A stretch of DNA of 57,993 nt from Actinomycetota bacterium. Lineage in GTDB: Bacteria > Actinomycetota > UBA4738 > HRBIN12. The first letter of the stretch is position 1; every line of letters begins with the position of its first letter. The stretch is taken from the NCBI GenBank assembly GCA_040511595.1, contig JBEVGU010000006.1, positions 1 through 57,993 of the forward strand. The letters are read 5' to 3'. Made by a program: the position numbers and the translations under genes. Below the pieces are notes generated by a model that was not told where the DNA came from, did no database searches, and saw only the letters and a list, made by a program, of their open reading frames with translations. Positions 1 through 8,659 of the stretch are shown piece by piece.

Positions 1-510
1 GCCGTGCAGCCCGAGCATGCGCCATCCTTCCGGGAAGTGGCGGTCGTAGCAGATGTATACGCCGACAGGGCCGATCGCGGTCTCGAACACCGGGTAGCCC
101 CCCGTCCCGGGCGCGAAGTAGAACTTCTCCCAGAAGCCCTGTACCTGTGGGATGTGCTGCTTGCGGTACCTGCCGAGGTAGGTGCCGTCGGCGTCGATCA
201 CGGCGGCCGTGTTGTGATAGAGCCCCGGCTGCACGATCTCGTACATGGGCAGCACCATCACCATGCCGAGCTCCTTGGCGACGGACTGGAAGCGCTTCGT
301 GGTCGGCCCGTCGGGGATGGGCTCGGTGTAGCTGTAGTACTCGGTGTCCTGTACCTGGCAGAAGTACGGGCCGTAGAACAGCTCCTGGAAGCACATCACC
401 TGCGCGCCTTGCGACGCGGCCTCGCGCGCGGCCTCCTCGTGCTTGTCGATCATCTTGTCCTGGTCGCCGGCCCAATCGGTCTGAAGCAACGCGGCCCTCA
501 CGGTCGTCAT
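1..510 (-). CDS. Nitrilase-superfamily carbon-nitrogen hydrolase (beta-ureidopropionase-like); 3' end runs off the window
   Basis: Not in the ORF track; translated by hand from ATG 510: MTTVRAALLQTDW...CFQELFYGPYF...YRKQHIP...EKFYF...VYICYDRHFPEGWR. All three catalytic triad motifs (E, K, C) are present. Confidence 0.9.
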   Translation of the reverse strand, partial: MTTVRAALLQTDWAGDQDKMIDKHEEAAREAASQGAQVMCFQELFYGPYFCQVQDTEYYSYTEPIPDGPTTKRFQSVAKELGMVMVLPMYEIVQPGLYHNTAAVIDADGTYLGRYRKQHIPQVQGFWEKFYFAPGTGGYPVFETAIGPVGVYICYDRHFPEGWRMLGLHG

Positions 511-655
511 GGTGTCTCGTCTCCTCGCTCGACGCGCTGTCGGGTCCATCGTAGTGACCCTCCAACCGAGGCGCGTGGCGTTCCCTTGGTTGGCGGCTCG
601 ACGCCTCGGCCTCGAGGGAGCACCATGGGTGGCACCGAGCCCGGGGGGGATTGAC

Positions 656-1348
656 GTGGCCAGGGATGACGAGGACCGTGCGGTGCGAGGCATGCAGCAG
701 CATCGGCTCTTCGCCGGGCTCCCGCGAGACCTGCTCGCCGACATGGTCGCCGCAGGCCACGTCCGAGCGTACCGGAGCAGCTCCTACGTCACGATGCAGG
801 GCGATGCGTCGGACGAGGTGTTCCTCTTGCTCGAGGGACGGCTCGAGATCTCCACTGCATCGCCCGCGTCGCGGCCGCAGCTCCGGTCGGTGCTGGAGCC
901 CGTCCGTCTCTTCGGCGAATTGGGCGTCCTGGCCGAGACCGAGCGGACGGCCTCGGTGTTGTGCATGGAGGATTCCCGCGTGTGGGTCCTCGAGCGCGAA
1001 CCCTTCGTGTCGCTGCTGGCGGCCCAGCCCGCCCTCGCGCTCGGGATGCTGAGCGCCCTGGCGCGGCAGGTCGTGTCGAAGGAGACGCTGGCCGCCGACC
1101 TCGTGTGGCTCGATCTGAAAGGGCGGCTCGCGAAGCGCCTCCTGCAGCTCGCGACCCCCGCCGGTGGGGAGGCACCATCCGTGGTGCCGCCGATCACGCA
1201 GGCGGATCTCGCGAGCCTCTGTGGCGTCACTCGCGAAAGCATCTCCAAGACGCTGGCCTCGTTCGGCAGGCGTGGTCTCGTGCGTCGTGACGGGCATGGA
1301 TACGTGCTCCTCGACATGGCCACGCTCGAGCGCCTCGCCGGGGGGTGA
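656..1348 (+). CDS. Crp/Fnr family transcriptional regulator
   Basis: cNMP-binding domain (FGELGVL...RTAS) and HTH ITQADLASLCGVTRESISK. GTG 656 start chosen within ORF 509..1348. Confidence 0.9.
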   Translation: MARDDEDRAVRGMQQHRLFAGLPRDLLADMVAAGHVRAYRSSSYVTMQGDASDEVFLLLEGRLEISTASPASRPQLRSVLEPVRLFGELGVLAETERTASVLCMEDSRVWVLEREPFVSLLAAQPALALGMLSALARQVVSKETLAADLVWLDLKGRLAKRLLQLATPAGGEAPSVVPPITQADLASLCGVTRESISKTLASFGRRGLVRRDGHGYVLLDMATLERLAGG

Positions 1349-1431
1349 CGGCCACGTGCGACGACGGCGGATCGGGACGAACCGTCCGATCCGCCGTCGT
1401 CGGGCGCGGGAGGTCAGCCCGTGCTCGTTCG

Positions 1432-1878
1432 TCAGCACCCCTGCTTGACGGGGCAGCGGCCCCCACCACGAGGATTCACCGTCGCGGTTCCCCCTCCGGA
1501 GTAGGCGCCGCTCTCGCGCGCGCCGACAAAGCTGTCGGGCGTTCCGACCGGGATGCTCCCGGCGTAGGCGCCGCCTTCGCGGATCGCGGTCGCCGCTCCC
1601 ACGGATGCCGGGTTCGTCGCCGCGCCCGTCAGGCCGCCCGTGACAGGCGTTCCGGGGCCGTGCAGCGCGAAGTCGCCGGTCGGCCGATCGCCGGTGACCA
1701 CCTGCGTCGCCGGCGATGCCGGAGCCCGAACGACGGTGGTGGTGTCGCCGAGGTCCGAGGCGAGTCCCAGGGTGATCGCCGCGGCGAGGAGCGCCACCAC
1801 CGTGCCGATCGCCGCCCAGGTCCACAGTGAGTGTCCCTGGGTCGGCTCGACCGACCCTTGAGCCCTCGACGCATCCAT
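1432..1878 (-). CDS. Hypothetical membrane-anchored Gly/Ala/Thr-rich protein
   Basis: GAAGGAGG SD before ATG 1878; one TM helix (WAAIGTVVALLAAAITLGLA); low-complexity tail ending RCPVKQGC. Confidence 0.6.
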   Translation of the reverse strand: MDASRAQGSVEPTQGHSLWTWAAIGTVVALLAAAITLGLASDLGDTTTVVRAPASPATQVVTGDRPTGDFALHGPGTPVTGGLTGAATNPASVGAATAIREGGAYAGSIPVGTPDSFVGARESGAYSGGGTATVNPRGGGRCPVKQGC

Positions 1879-1925
1879 GGCTCCTCCTTCCATCGGTGGC
1901 CACGTGGTTCGCAGCCCTCGAGCCG

Positions 1926-1991
1926 AAGGTAGGCGCGCCGCGCCGGCGGGTCGGTGACCCGAGCCACAGGCGGGGTGTGAGGTCGCTCACA
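1926..1991 (-). promoter_or_regulatory. Two tandem CRP-type boxes and a -10 element upstream of the 1432-1878 gene
   Basis: Perfect TGTGA-N6-TCACA at 1976-1991; GGTGA-N6-CCACA at 1953-1968; minus-strand -10 TACCTT at 1931-1926. Confidence 0.65.
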
Positions 1992-2039
1992 TGTCCGGTT
2001 GAGCGTGCTCGATCGGATCGACCGGTCGGAGGCCGCGAC

Positions 2040-2498
2040 TCAGCTGGACTGCGGCGGCGGAGCCGGCGGCGCCGGCGTGGGGGATGGGTTCGAGGATGGA
2101 AGCGCCGCCCCGGCGCCAGAAGCACGGTCCCATATCCGGTTCAGGTGCTCCTGGATGTAGACGCCGTTGCCGATGACGACGAACAGCATGATCACGATCG
2201 TGAGCGCCGGCTCGAGCTCCGGCTGGATCGACATGCGCCCCTCGACCGCTTGCAGGTGTTTGGCCGTGTTGTACATCGCGATGAACGGCGGCACGATGAT
2301 GATCCAGCCGAAGAGCATCGCCATCAGCGAGCGCACCGGGCTGATCGACTCGTCGTGCTCGAACCGCCGGAGCTCGTCGTTCACCTGGTAGTACCAGTAG
2401 AGGAAGTAGATGCCCAGCGTGATGAACGAGAGCCCGAGCACGCCGAGCGGGTTCCGTTTCAGGTACCGCTGACCATCGATCGTGACGGACTCCGCCAT
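2040..2498 (-). CDS. DUF4234-type membrane protein
   Basis: RNPLGVLGLSFITLGIYFLYWYYQVNDEL signature; three TM segments; Pro-rich tail. Confidence 0.8.
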   Translation of the reverse strand: MAESVTIDGQRYLKRNPLGVLGLSFITLGIYFLYWYYQVNDELRRFEHDESISPVRSLMAMLFGWIIIVPPFIAMYNTAKHLQAVEGRMSIQPELEPALTIVIMLFVVIGNGVYIQEHLNRIWDRASGAGAALPSSNPSPTPAPPAPPPQSS

Positions 2499-2698
2499 CC
2501 TGCCTCCCCCGAACGTGTGGGTGAGGAGTCTAGGTCATCGCTCGGGGTGGCAGCATCGTGAGGAGCATCACCGTCGGTTCGAGGGCTTCGAGAGCGTGCG
2601 GGCGACCGCGCTCATGGGGGCCCGCCTGCCCGTTGCGTCGAGGCCGTGGTCGCGATGCCGACGTTCGACATGGGCCTCGGCTCCTCGGACCGGGCCGG

Positions 2699-3580
2699 TC
2701 AGTCCCGCAGCAGCGATGCCGGCAGGCGCTGGCGTTCTCCCACCAGGCGCTGCCAGCTGTGCGGCCCCGGTCGATCGAGGAGGCCGGCCACCGTCGCGAG
2801 CGTGAAGTCGGCCGGGGCGGCGCCGGCCAGCTCCGCGGGGACCAACGGGAACGAGACGGTGCCCTCCGCCCGAGCCCTGGGGGAGAACGGCGCCACGATC
2901 GTCGCGCCGGTGCCGTTGCGCGAGGGGTCGAGCATGACCCGTCCCTTGCGGCCGGCCTTGCGGAACGAGTCCGTGACGAGGTCCGGGCGGCGGCCGGCCA
3001 CGATCGCCGTCACCCTGGCGGCGGCGCGACGCAGGTCCTCGGCCGAGACGCGGCGTTCGATCGGCGTCACCACGTGCAGCCCTTTGCCGCCGGTGGTCTT
3101 CACGCCCGACGTGAGCTCATGGTCCTCGAGCACCTCGAGGACGAGTCCCGCGACCTCGACCGCGGCCTCGAACGCCCCGTCGGGCGGGTCGATGTCGACG
3201 ACCAGCAGGTCTGGCCGATCGAGCTTGTCGGCCCGGACCGGCGCCGGATGCAGCTCGAGCGAGGCCTGGTTGCCCAACCAGGCGAGGGTGGCGCGGTCGT
3301 CGCACACGACGAAGTCGACATCGCGGCCGGCGCTCGGCGCTGGGATCCTCACGGTGCGAATCCACTCTGGCGCGTAGCTCGACGCGGCCTTCTGGAAGTA
3401 CCGCTTGCCCCCGACGCCGTCGGGTGCCCGTACCAGCGTGAGCGGGCGGTCGCGGAGCCACGGCAGCATGTGGTCCGCCACGGCCTCGAGGTAGTCCACG
3501 AAGGCCTGCTTCGTGATGTCGATCGCGGGCCACAACAGCTTGTCCGGACGCGTGACTTCGACGCGGGCGGGCGATCTCAT
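2699..3580 (-). CDS. ligD: Stand-alone LigD primase-polymerase (NHEJ POL) domain protein
   Basis: TRPDKLLWP, RAPDGV, DIDPP, KTTGGKGLHV and APFSPRA motifs of the AEP LigD-POL family. Confidence 0.88.
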   Translation of the reverse strand: MRSPARVEVTRPDKLLWPAIDITKQAFVDYLEAVADHMLPWLRDRPLTLVRAPDGVGGKRYFQKAASSYAPEWIRTVRIPAPSAGRDVDFVVCDDRATLAWLGNQASLELHPAPVRADKLDRPDLLVVDIDPPDGAFEAAVEVAGLVLEVLEDHELTSGVKTTGGKGLHVVTPIERRVSAEDLRRAAARVTAIVAGRRPDLVTDSFRKAGRKGRVMLDPSRNGTGATIVAPFSPRARAEGTVSFPLVPAELAGAAPADFTLATVAGLLDRPGPHSWQRLVGERQRLPASLLRD

Positions 3581-3603
3581 GCGGGGAACCCGCTGCCTCG
3601 GGA

Positions 3604-3834
3604 TCAGCCGGGCGATCGTTCGTCGTCGGCTTCGACGGGAACCGGCGTTGCCTGTTCGAGGGCGTCGGCCTCGGGGGCGTCTTCGGGGAGGTGGTCCGGG
3701 AAGGGATCGGCCTCCTCGCCAGTCCCATCGTCAACGACGGGCACCGCCTGCTCGAGCGCGTCTGCCTCCGGCACGGACTCGCTCGCGTCGCGGCCTTCGG
3801 CGTCGTGGCGGGGTGGATCGGGATGGTTGGGCAT
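3604..3834 (-). CDS. Small acidic protein with a duplicated PEADALEQA motif
   Basis: 76 aa; SD GAGGAGG upstream; PEADALEQA occurs twice; lies directly upstream of ligD-POL. Confidence 0.7.
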   Translation of the reverse strand: MPNHPDPPRHDAEGRDASESVPEADALEQAVPVVDDGTGEEADPFPDHLPEDAPEADALEQATPVPVEADDERSPG

Positions 3835-4009
3835 CGTGTGCCTCCTCGCGGCTCGGGAGCTCGCTCGTGCGTGCTACCCCGGCGTGGCCTCGATGAACCT
3901 CACCGTGTCGGGAACCCTGCCACCATACGTCGGACCAGGCACCGCTGCCGCCGGCGTCCGCCCCGACGTTCGTCGAGAGGCGATCGCCGGACCGGCTACG
4001 ATGACGACC

Positions 4010-4285
4010 ATGCGGGGCGACAGCGTCGAGGTGACCGTCGACGTGGGCAACGGCGTGCAGACGTTCGAGATCCGGGCCACCCGGGCGGGCCGGCGCGTGG
4101 AGGTGACCACCGGGCGGACCGTCGTCGAGGTGGCCGAGCTCACTCGAGGCGGCACAGCGGTGCGCACGGCGAGGTTCATGGCCTCTCGCGTGGTGGCGCT
4201 GGTCGAGCATCCGGCCGAGCGGGAGCCGGCAGGTACCCGGGCGGGAGGCCGTCGCCAGATCGAAGGCCAAGGGTCGCTTGGCTGA
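4010..4285 (+). CDS. Small hypothetical beta-rich protein
   Basis: C-terminal part of ORF 2558..4285 (MRGDSVEVTVDVGNGVQTFEIRATRAGRRVEV...); TACGAT -10 box 7 nt before ATG 4010. Confidence 0.7.
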   Translation: MRGDSVEVTVDVGNGVQTFEIRATRAGRRVEVTTGRTVVEVAELTRGGTAVRTARFMASRVVALVEHPAEREPAGTRAGGRRQIEGQGSLG

Positions 4286-4291
4286 GTTGTC

Positions 4292-4771
4292 ATGAGCCCG
4301 TTGCAGATCGGGGACGACGCTCCTGTGGTGCCGGGGGTTCGGTTCGGCGGCAATCCGGTCGGTCTCTTCTTCTACAAGGTGACGTGTCCGACGTGCCGGA
4401 TGGCGGCTCCGGCGATGTCGGGGTTCGAACGAGCGTTTCCCGGGAGCGTGATCGGGATCGGCCAGGATCCGGCCGCGGCGCTCGAGACGTTCACGGACGA
4501 GTTCGACTTGGGCATCGTGTCGATCGAGGACGAGCCGCCCTATCGGCTCTCCGACGCCTTCGCGGTCGAGACGGTGCCGACGCTGTTCCTGATCGGTGAC
4601 GACGGGCGCGTGCTCGACGCGGTGGGTGCCTGGGATCGAGAAGGCTTCAACCGGGTGGCCGCGACGCTTGCCGATCGCCTCGGCGTCGAGCGGGTGGTCG
4701 TGTCCGCTCCCGACGACGGACGCCCGGACTTCAAGCCCGGCTGAGGCTCGCGCAACATGCGCTCGGTCTGA
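4292..4771 (+). CDS. TlpA/peroxiredoxin-like thioredoxin-fold protein, probable selenoprotein (UGA at 4742-4744)
   Basis: CPTC redox motif and VPTLFL cis-Pro loop. The ORF-track stop follows KPG, and the frame continues GSRNMRSV to a TGA at 4769-4771. A SECIS-like hairpin lies downstream. Without readthrough the CDS ends at 4744. Confidence 0.8.
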
Positions 4772-4775
4772 GCGC
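4759..4775 (+). promoter_or_regulatory. Candidate bacterial SECIS element
   Basis: Stem GCGCTC/GAGCGC with a GGTCT loop starting about 20 nt after the in-frame UGA. Confidence 0.55.
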
Positions 4776-4783
4776 GAAGGCGA

Positions 4784-6358
4784 TCACGGCCGGCCACGCG
4801 GCGCCGGCTCGAGAGGCGCCGCGATGCCCGGTTCCCGTTCCCCTGGCCGAGCGTCGGCAGCGAGCAGCGCGTCGGCCGCGACCCGTTGAGCCTCCGCGGG
4901 CGATCGGTCGTCCGCGAGGTTCGTGACGGCTGCGCGCACCCTCGAGGACAGGGCGGCCGTGCCGCCCCCGAGCGACGCCCCCGACCGATCGATGTCCAGC
5001 ACGTCGTTCGCCATCAGCACCTCGACAGAGACGATCTCCTCGAGCAGGCCGAGGGCGTCATGTGCCTTGCTCACGGCGAGTGGCGCGCCCGTGGCGTGGT
5101 CCTCGACGCCCATGTCGAGCGGCGGCACGTCCAACGTCGCGGGCGCGGCCAGCTGCTTGAGCTCGGCGAACGAGGCGGCCGCCGGATACCGCAAGGTGAC
5201 GCCGACCAGCTCCGGCGGCCCCTCGCCCTCCGGCGGCCCTGCTCCGTCCGGCGGCCCAGCGCCAGTGAGGGAGCTGAAGAACGCGTCCCAGAGGTGACTC
5301 AGGCGCCGATCCGCGATCTGGCCGGTGTGCGCGATCGACACGCGGAGCTGATCGAACGCGATCGCCATCACGATCGGATGGAAGTTCCCGTTGTGGATCA
5401 TGGCGTCCTGCTCGATCGAGACGAGCGGGTTGTCGCCGTGCCCGTTCAGCTCGACCTCCACGGCCCGCCGTGCCCACGCGATCGCCTCGCGAAACGCGCC
5501 GTGCACCTGTGGGATCACGCGGAACGACAACGGGTCCTGCACCGAGCGCGCGACGCCGGCCTCCAGCACGAAGCTTCCCTCGAGCGCCGCCTGCACCGCT
5601 CGGCTCGACGCAGCCTGACCGGGGAACGGCTTCCCGTCACCCACCGCCGGGTTCACGATCGACGGGTTGCCCTTCGTCGCCTCGAGCGAGAGCGCGGCCA
5701 CCACGTCGACGAGCTCCGCGAGCCGTCGTGCGCGCTCGAGCGCGACCGCCGCCTCACCGATCGTGACGGCGTTGGACGACATGATCGTAAGCCCGTCCTT
5801 CGGCTCGAGGCGCAGCGGCTCGATGCCGGCGCGGCGGAGGGCCTCGGCGCCCGCGAGTCGCTCGCCGTCGAGCTCGGTCGTACCCATGCCGATGGCGACC
5901 TGTCCGATCGTCGCGAGCTGCCCGAGGTCGCCGGTGCCGACGGAGCCCCGAGATGGCACGATCGGGTGCACGCCGGCGTTCAGCATCTGCACGAGCACGT
6001 CGGCCACCCGAGGGCTCGCGCCCGAGCCTCCTCGAGCGATGCCGTTCACCCGGGCCGCGATCGCGGCCCGGACCAGCTCGGTCGGCAACGGGTCGCCGAG
6101 GCCGCCGGCGTGTCCCACCAACAACATCTCCTGGGTCCTACGGAGCTCCTCGGCCCGCAGGCGCGTGTCCTTCATGTGACCCACGCCCGTGTTCAACCCG
6201 TAGACCGGCTCGTCGCCCCCGAGCATGCGGTCGATCACGGCACGGCTGGCCTCGATCGTGGCGCGCGCGTCGTCGCCGATCTCGAGCCTGGCTCCTCGCG
6301 CGACGTCGAGCAGCTCCTCGATGGTGAACGGCGCCGCGGTGATCGTGACGGTATCCAC
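4784..6358 (-). CDS. Aromatic amino-acid ammonia-lyase (HAL-fold) family protein lacking the Ala-Ser-Gly MIO tripeptide
   Basis: YGLNTGVG, EPKDGL, QDPLSFRVIPQVHG, DNPL, GNFH and VEDH motifs; GSVGTGDL where HAL has GSVGASGDL. Confidence 0.88.
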   Translation of the reverse strand: MDTVTITAAPFTIEELLDVARGARLEIGDDARATIEASRAVIDRMLGGDEPVYGLNTGVGHMKDTRLRAEELRRTQEMLLVGHAGGLGDPLPTELVRAAIAARVNGIARGGSGASPRVADVLVQMLNAGVHPIVPSRGSVGTGDLGQLATIGQVAIGMGTTELDGERLAGAEALRRAGIEPLRLEPKDGLTIMSSNAVTIGEAAVALERARRLAELVDVVAALSLEATKGNPSIVNPAVGDGKPFPGQAASSRAVQAALEGSFVLEAGVARSVQDPLSFRVIPQVHGAFREAIAWARRAVEVELNGHGDNPLVSIEQDAMIHNGNFHPIVMAIAFDQLRVSIAHTGQIADRRLSHLWDAFFSSLTGAGPPDGAGPPEGEGPPELVGVTLRYPAAASFAELKQLAAPATLDVPPLDMGVEDHATGAPLAVSKAHDALGLLEEIVSVEVLMANDVLDIDRSGASLGGGTAALSSRVRAAVTNLADDRSPAEAQRVAADALLAADARPGEREPGIAAPLEPAPRGRP

Positions 6359-6359
6359 G

Positions 6360-7685
6360 TCAGACGACCTCGTACACGCGCCACTCGCCGGGCACGCCCT
6401 TCAGCTCGTGCGCGCCGCGGTCGCGGAACTCGATGCCTGAGCCAACGACGACGTCTTTCACGGTCGAGGAGACGAAGACCTCGCCGGCCCCTGCGAGGGC
6501 GGAGATGCGCGCCCCGATGTGCACGGCGAGCCCCTGCACGTCGCCGTCGGAGAGCTCGACCTCGCCCGTGTGCACGCCGGCGCGGATGTCGAGGCCGATC
6601 GCCTCGATCGTCGTGGCTGCGGCCCGCGCGCACTCGATCGCGCGCCTCGGGCTGTCGAACGTGGCGAGGAAGCCGTCTCCTGCGGTGTGCACCTCGCGCC
6701 CACCGAACCGCTCGAGTTCCGCGCGGAGCAGCCGGTGGTGGCGTTCCAGCAGGTCCCGCCAGTCGCGATCGCCGAGCTCGGAGGCTCGCTCCGTCGAGCC
6801 CACGACGTCGGTGAAGAGCACCGTGGAGAGCACGCGGTCGTGTCGGGGAGGTGGCCGAGTGCCCGTGAGGAACCCCTCGATCTCGTCAGCGATGTCCTCG
6901 ACGTCGTCGGCGAAGATCGCGGTGCCGGTTCCTTCCACCTCGGCCAAGCGAGCGTCGGGAAGTGCTGCGACCAACGCTCGCGCGTTCCGCATGGGCAGGA
7001 TGGTGTTGCCGGTTCGGTTCATCACGAGCACGGGCGCCTTCACATCGTTCAGCTGATCCCGGATGTCCAACGACAGCTGGGCCCGGACGAACGCGTCGAC
7101 CCGGAAGCCGCTCGATGCGGAGCGGTTGTAGCGACGGAACCACGAGCGGAAGCCGGGTTCGTTCATCCGCGCGGGGGCCACGATCGACAGATGGGTCTCC
7201 ATGTCGATCTGTGCGCTCGCTTCCGCCATGCGCTGCAACACATCGAGCTCGACGCCGAAGTCGTCGTCCTCGGACGGGAGGAGCCGGGGTGAGGTCTCGA
7301 AGGCGACGACGCCGGTCACCCGATCGGGATGCGTGGCGGCGAACGACAACGCCAGCGCCCCCGCATCCGTCGTGCCCATCACGGTCGCGCGATCGCTTCC
7401 GGCCGCGTCCATGACCGTCTCGAAGTCCACGAGCTGCTCCTCGAACGTCGGGATCGCATCGAGTGGGTCCGACATGCCCATGCCCCGGCGGTCGAACCGG
7501 ATCAATCGCGAGAACTCGCCCATCCGGTCGTACAGTCGCCGCAGCTTCGGGTCTTCCCACCCGATCTCGAGGTGCGAGACGGTGCCGTGCATCAGCACGA
7601 GGTCCACGTGGCCGGAGCCCGTCACCTGATAGGCGATGTGCACGCCGTCGGGGGCGAGGGTGTATTCGGTCTCGACCGGTGTCAT
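6360..7685 (-). CDS. Alpha/beta-hydrolase plus class III adenylate/guanylate cyclase (LipJ/Rv1900c-like architecture)
   Basis: N-terminal FDRRGMGMSD hydrolase fold with the nucleophile elbow degenerate (GTTDAG); C-terminal LFTDVVGST, GDGF, RAGVHTGE and LKGV cyclase motifs. Confidence 0.9.
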   Translation of the reverse strand: MTPVETEYTLAPDGVHIAYQVTGSGHVDLVLMHGTVSHLEIGWEDPKLRRLYDRMGEFSRLIRFDRRGMGMSDPLDAIPTFEEQLVDFETVMDAAGSDRATVMGTTDAGALALSFAATHPDRVTGVVAFETSPRLLPSEDDDFGVELDVLQRMAEASAQIDMETHLSIVAPARMNEPGFRSWFRRYNRSASSGFRVDAFVRAQLSLDIRDQLNDVKAPVLVMNRTGNTILPMRNARALVAALPDARLAEVEGTGTAIFADDVEDIADEIEGFLTGTRPPPRHDRVLSTVLFTDVVGSTERASELGDRDWRDLLERHHRLLRAELERFGGREVHTAGDGFLATFDSPRRAIECARAAATTIEAIGLDIRAGVHTGEVELSDGDVQGLAVHIGARISALAGAGEVFVSSTVKDVVVGSGIEFRDRGAHELKGVPGEWRVYEVV

Positions 7686-7786
7686 GGCCAGGAGTCTCGC
7701 CGGTCGTCGCTCATCGCACAATCCGCCGCTCCTACGCCGGCGTCCCTTCGGGCTTCCCGGCGCGAGCCGGGGCTAGACTGCCTGAC

Positions 7787-8659
7787 ATGGCCGACTCCCG
7801 CAGTCGTGCGATCCTCGCCCCGGTCGTCGGTGGATCGGGCCCGGTCATGCTGATCGGCGGCGCCGAGGACAAGCTGCGGGGCCAGCGCATCCTCAAGCGG
7901 TTCGCGCGCCTCGCCGGCGGCGCCGAGGCGAACGTCGTCGTGGTGGCCACCGCGTCGGAGATGGGCGAGCAGGTACTCACGCTGTACGAGCGCCTCTTCC
8001 TCGAGCTCGGCGTCGCGAGCGTGACGGGCGTGCATCCGCAGGAGCGCGGCGAGGCCGACCGAGCTTCGGCGGCCGCGCCGATGGGTGAGGCCACGGCCGT
8101 CTTCCTCACCGGCGGGAATCAGCTGCGGCTCACGTCGGTGATCGCGGGCACCCGGCTCCACCGGGGCTTGCACCTCGCTCACGACCGCGGGGCGGTGATC
8201 GCTGGGACCTCGGCCGGCGCGAGCGCGCTCGCTTCGCACATGATGGCGTTCGGCCAACCGGGGGCGACCCCACGGCACGGGCACGTGCAGACGGCCGCGG
8301 GGCTCGGGCTCGTCGAGGGCACGATCGTCGACCAGCACTTCGAGCAGCGCACCCGGCTCGGGCGGCTGCTCGCCGCGATCGCCCAGTCGCCGTCGCTCAT
8401 CGGCCTCGGGCTCGACGAGGACACCGCGGCGATCGTGCACTCCAATCACTCGATGGAGGTGATCGGGCGCGGCGCGGTCACCGTGGTCGACGGCTCCCGC
8501 ATGGAGACCGATGCGTACCGGCTGCGCGGCCGCCGACCGATGATGGTCTCGGGAGCGCTGCTGCACTCCATCCCCTCCGGCTACTGGTTCGATCTGCGGG
8601 CCAGGGCGTTGATCCGCCCAGAGGGCTCGCGTGCGAGCGAGCGTGAGGCCTCGGAGTGA
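7787..8659 (+). CDS. cphB: Cyanophycinase
   Basis: IGGAEDK, TGGNQLRL, GTSAGA nucleophile, DQHFEQRTRLGRL, GLDEDT; its stop overlaps the cphA start (GTGA). Confidence 0.95.
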   Translation: MADSRSRAILAPVVGGSGPVMLIGGAEDKLRGQRILKRFARLAGGAEANVVVVATASEMGEQVLTLYERLFLELGVASVTGVHPQERGEADRASAAAPMGEATAVFLTGGNQLRLTSVIAGTRLHRGLHLAHDRGAVIAGTSAGASALASHMMAFGQPGATPRHGHVQTAAGLGLVEGTIVDQHFEQRTRLGRLLAAIAQSPSLIGLGLDEDTAAIVHSNHSMEVIGRGAVTVVDGSRMETDAYRLRGRRPMMVSGALLHSIPSGYWFDLRARALIRPEGSRASEREASE

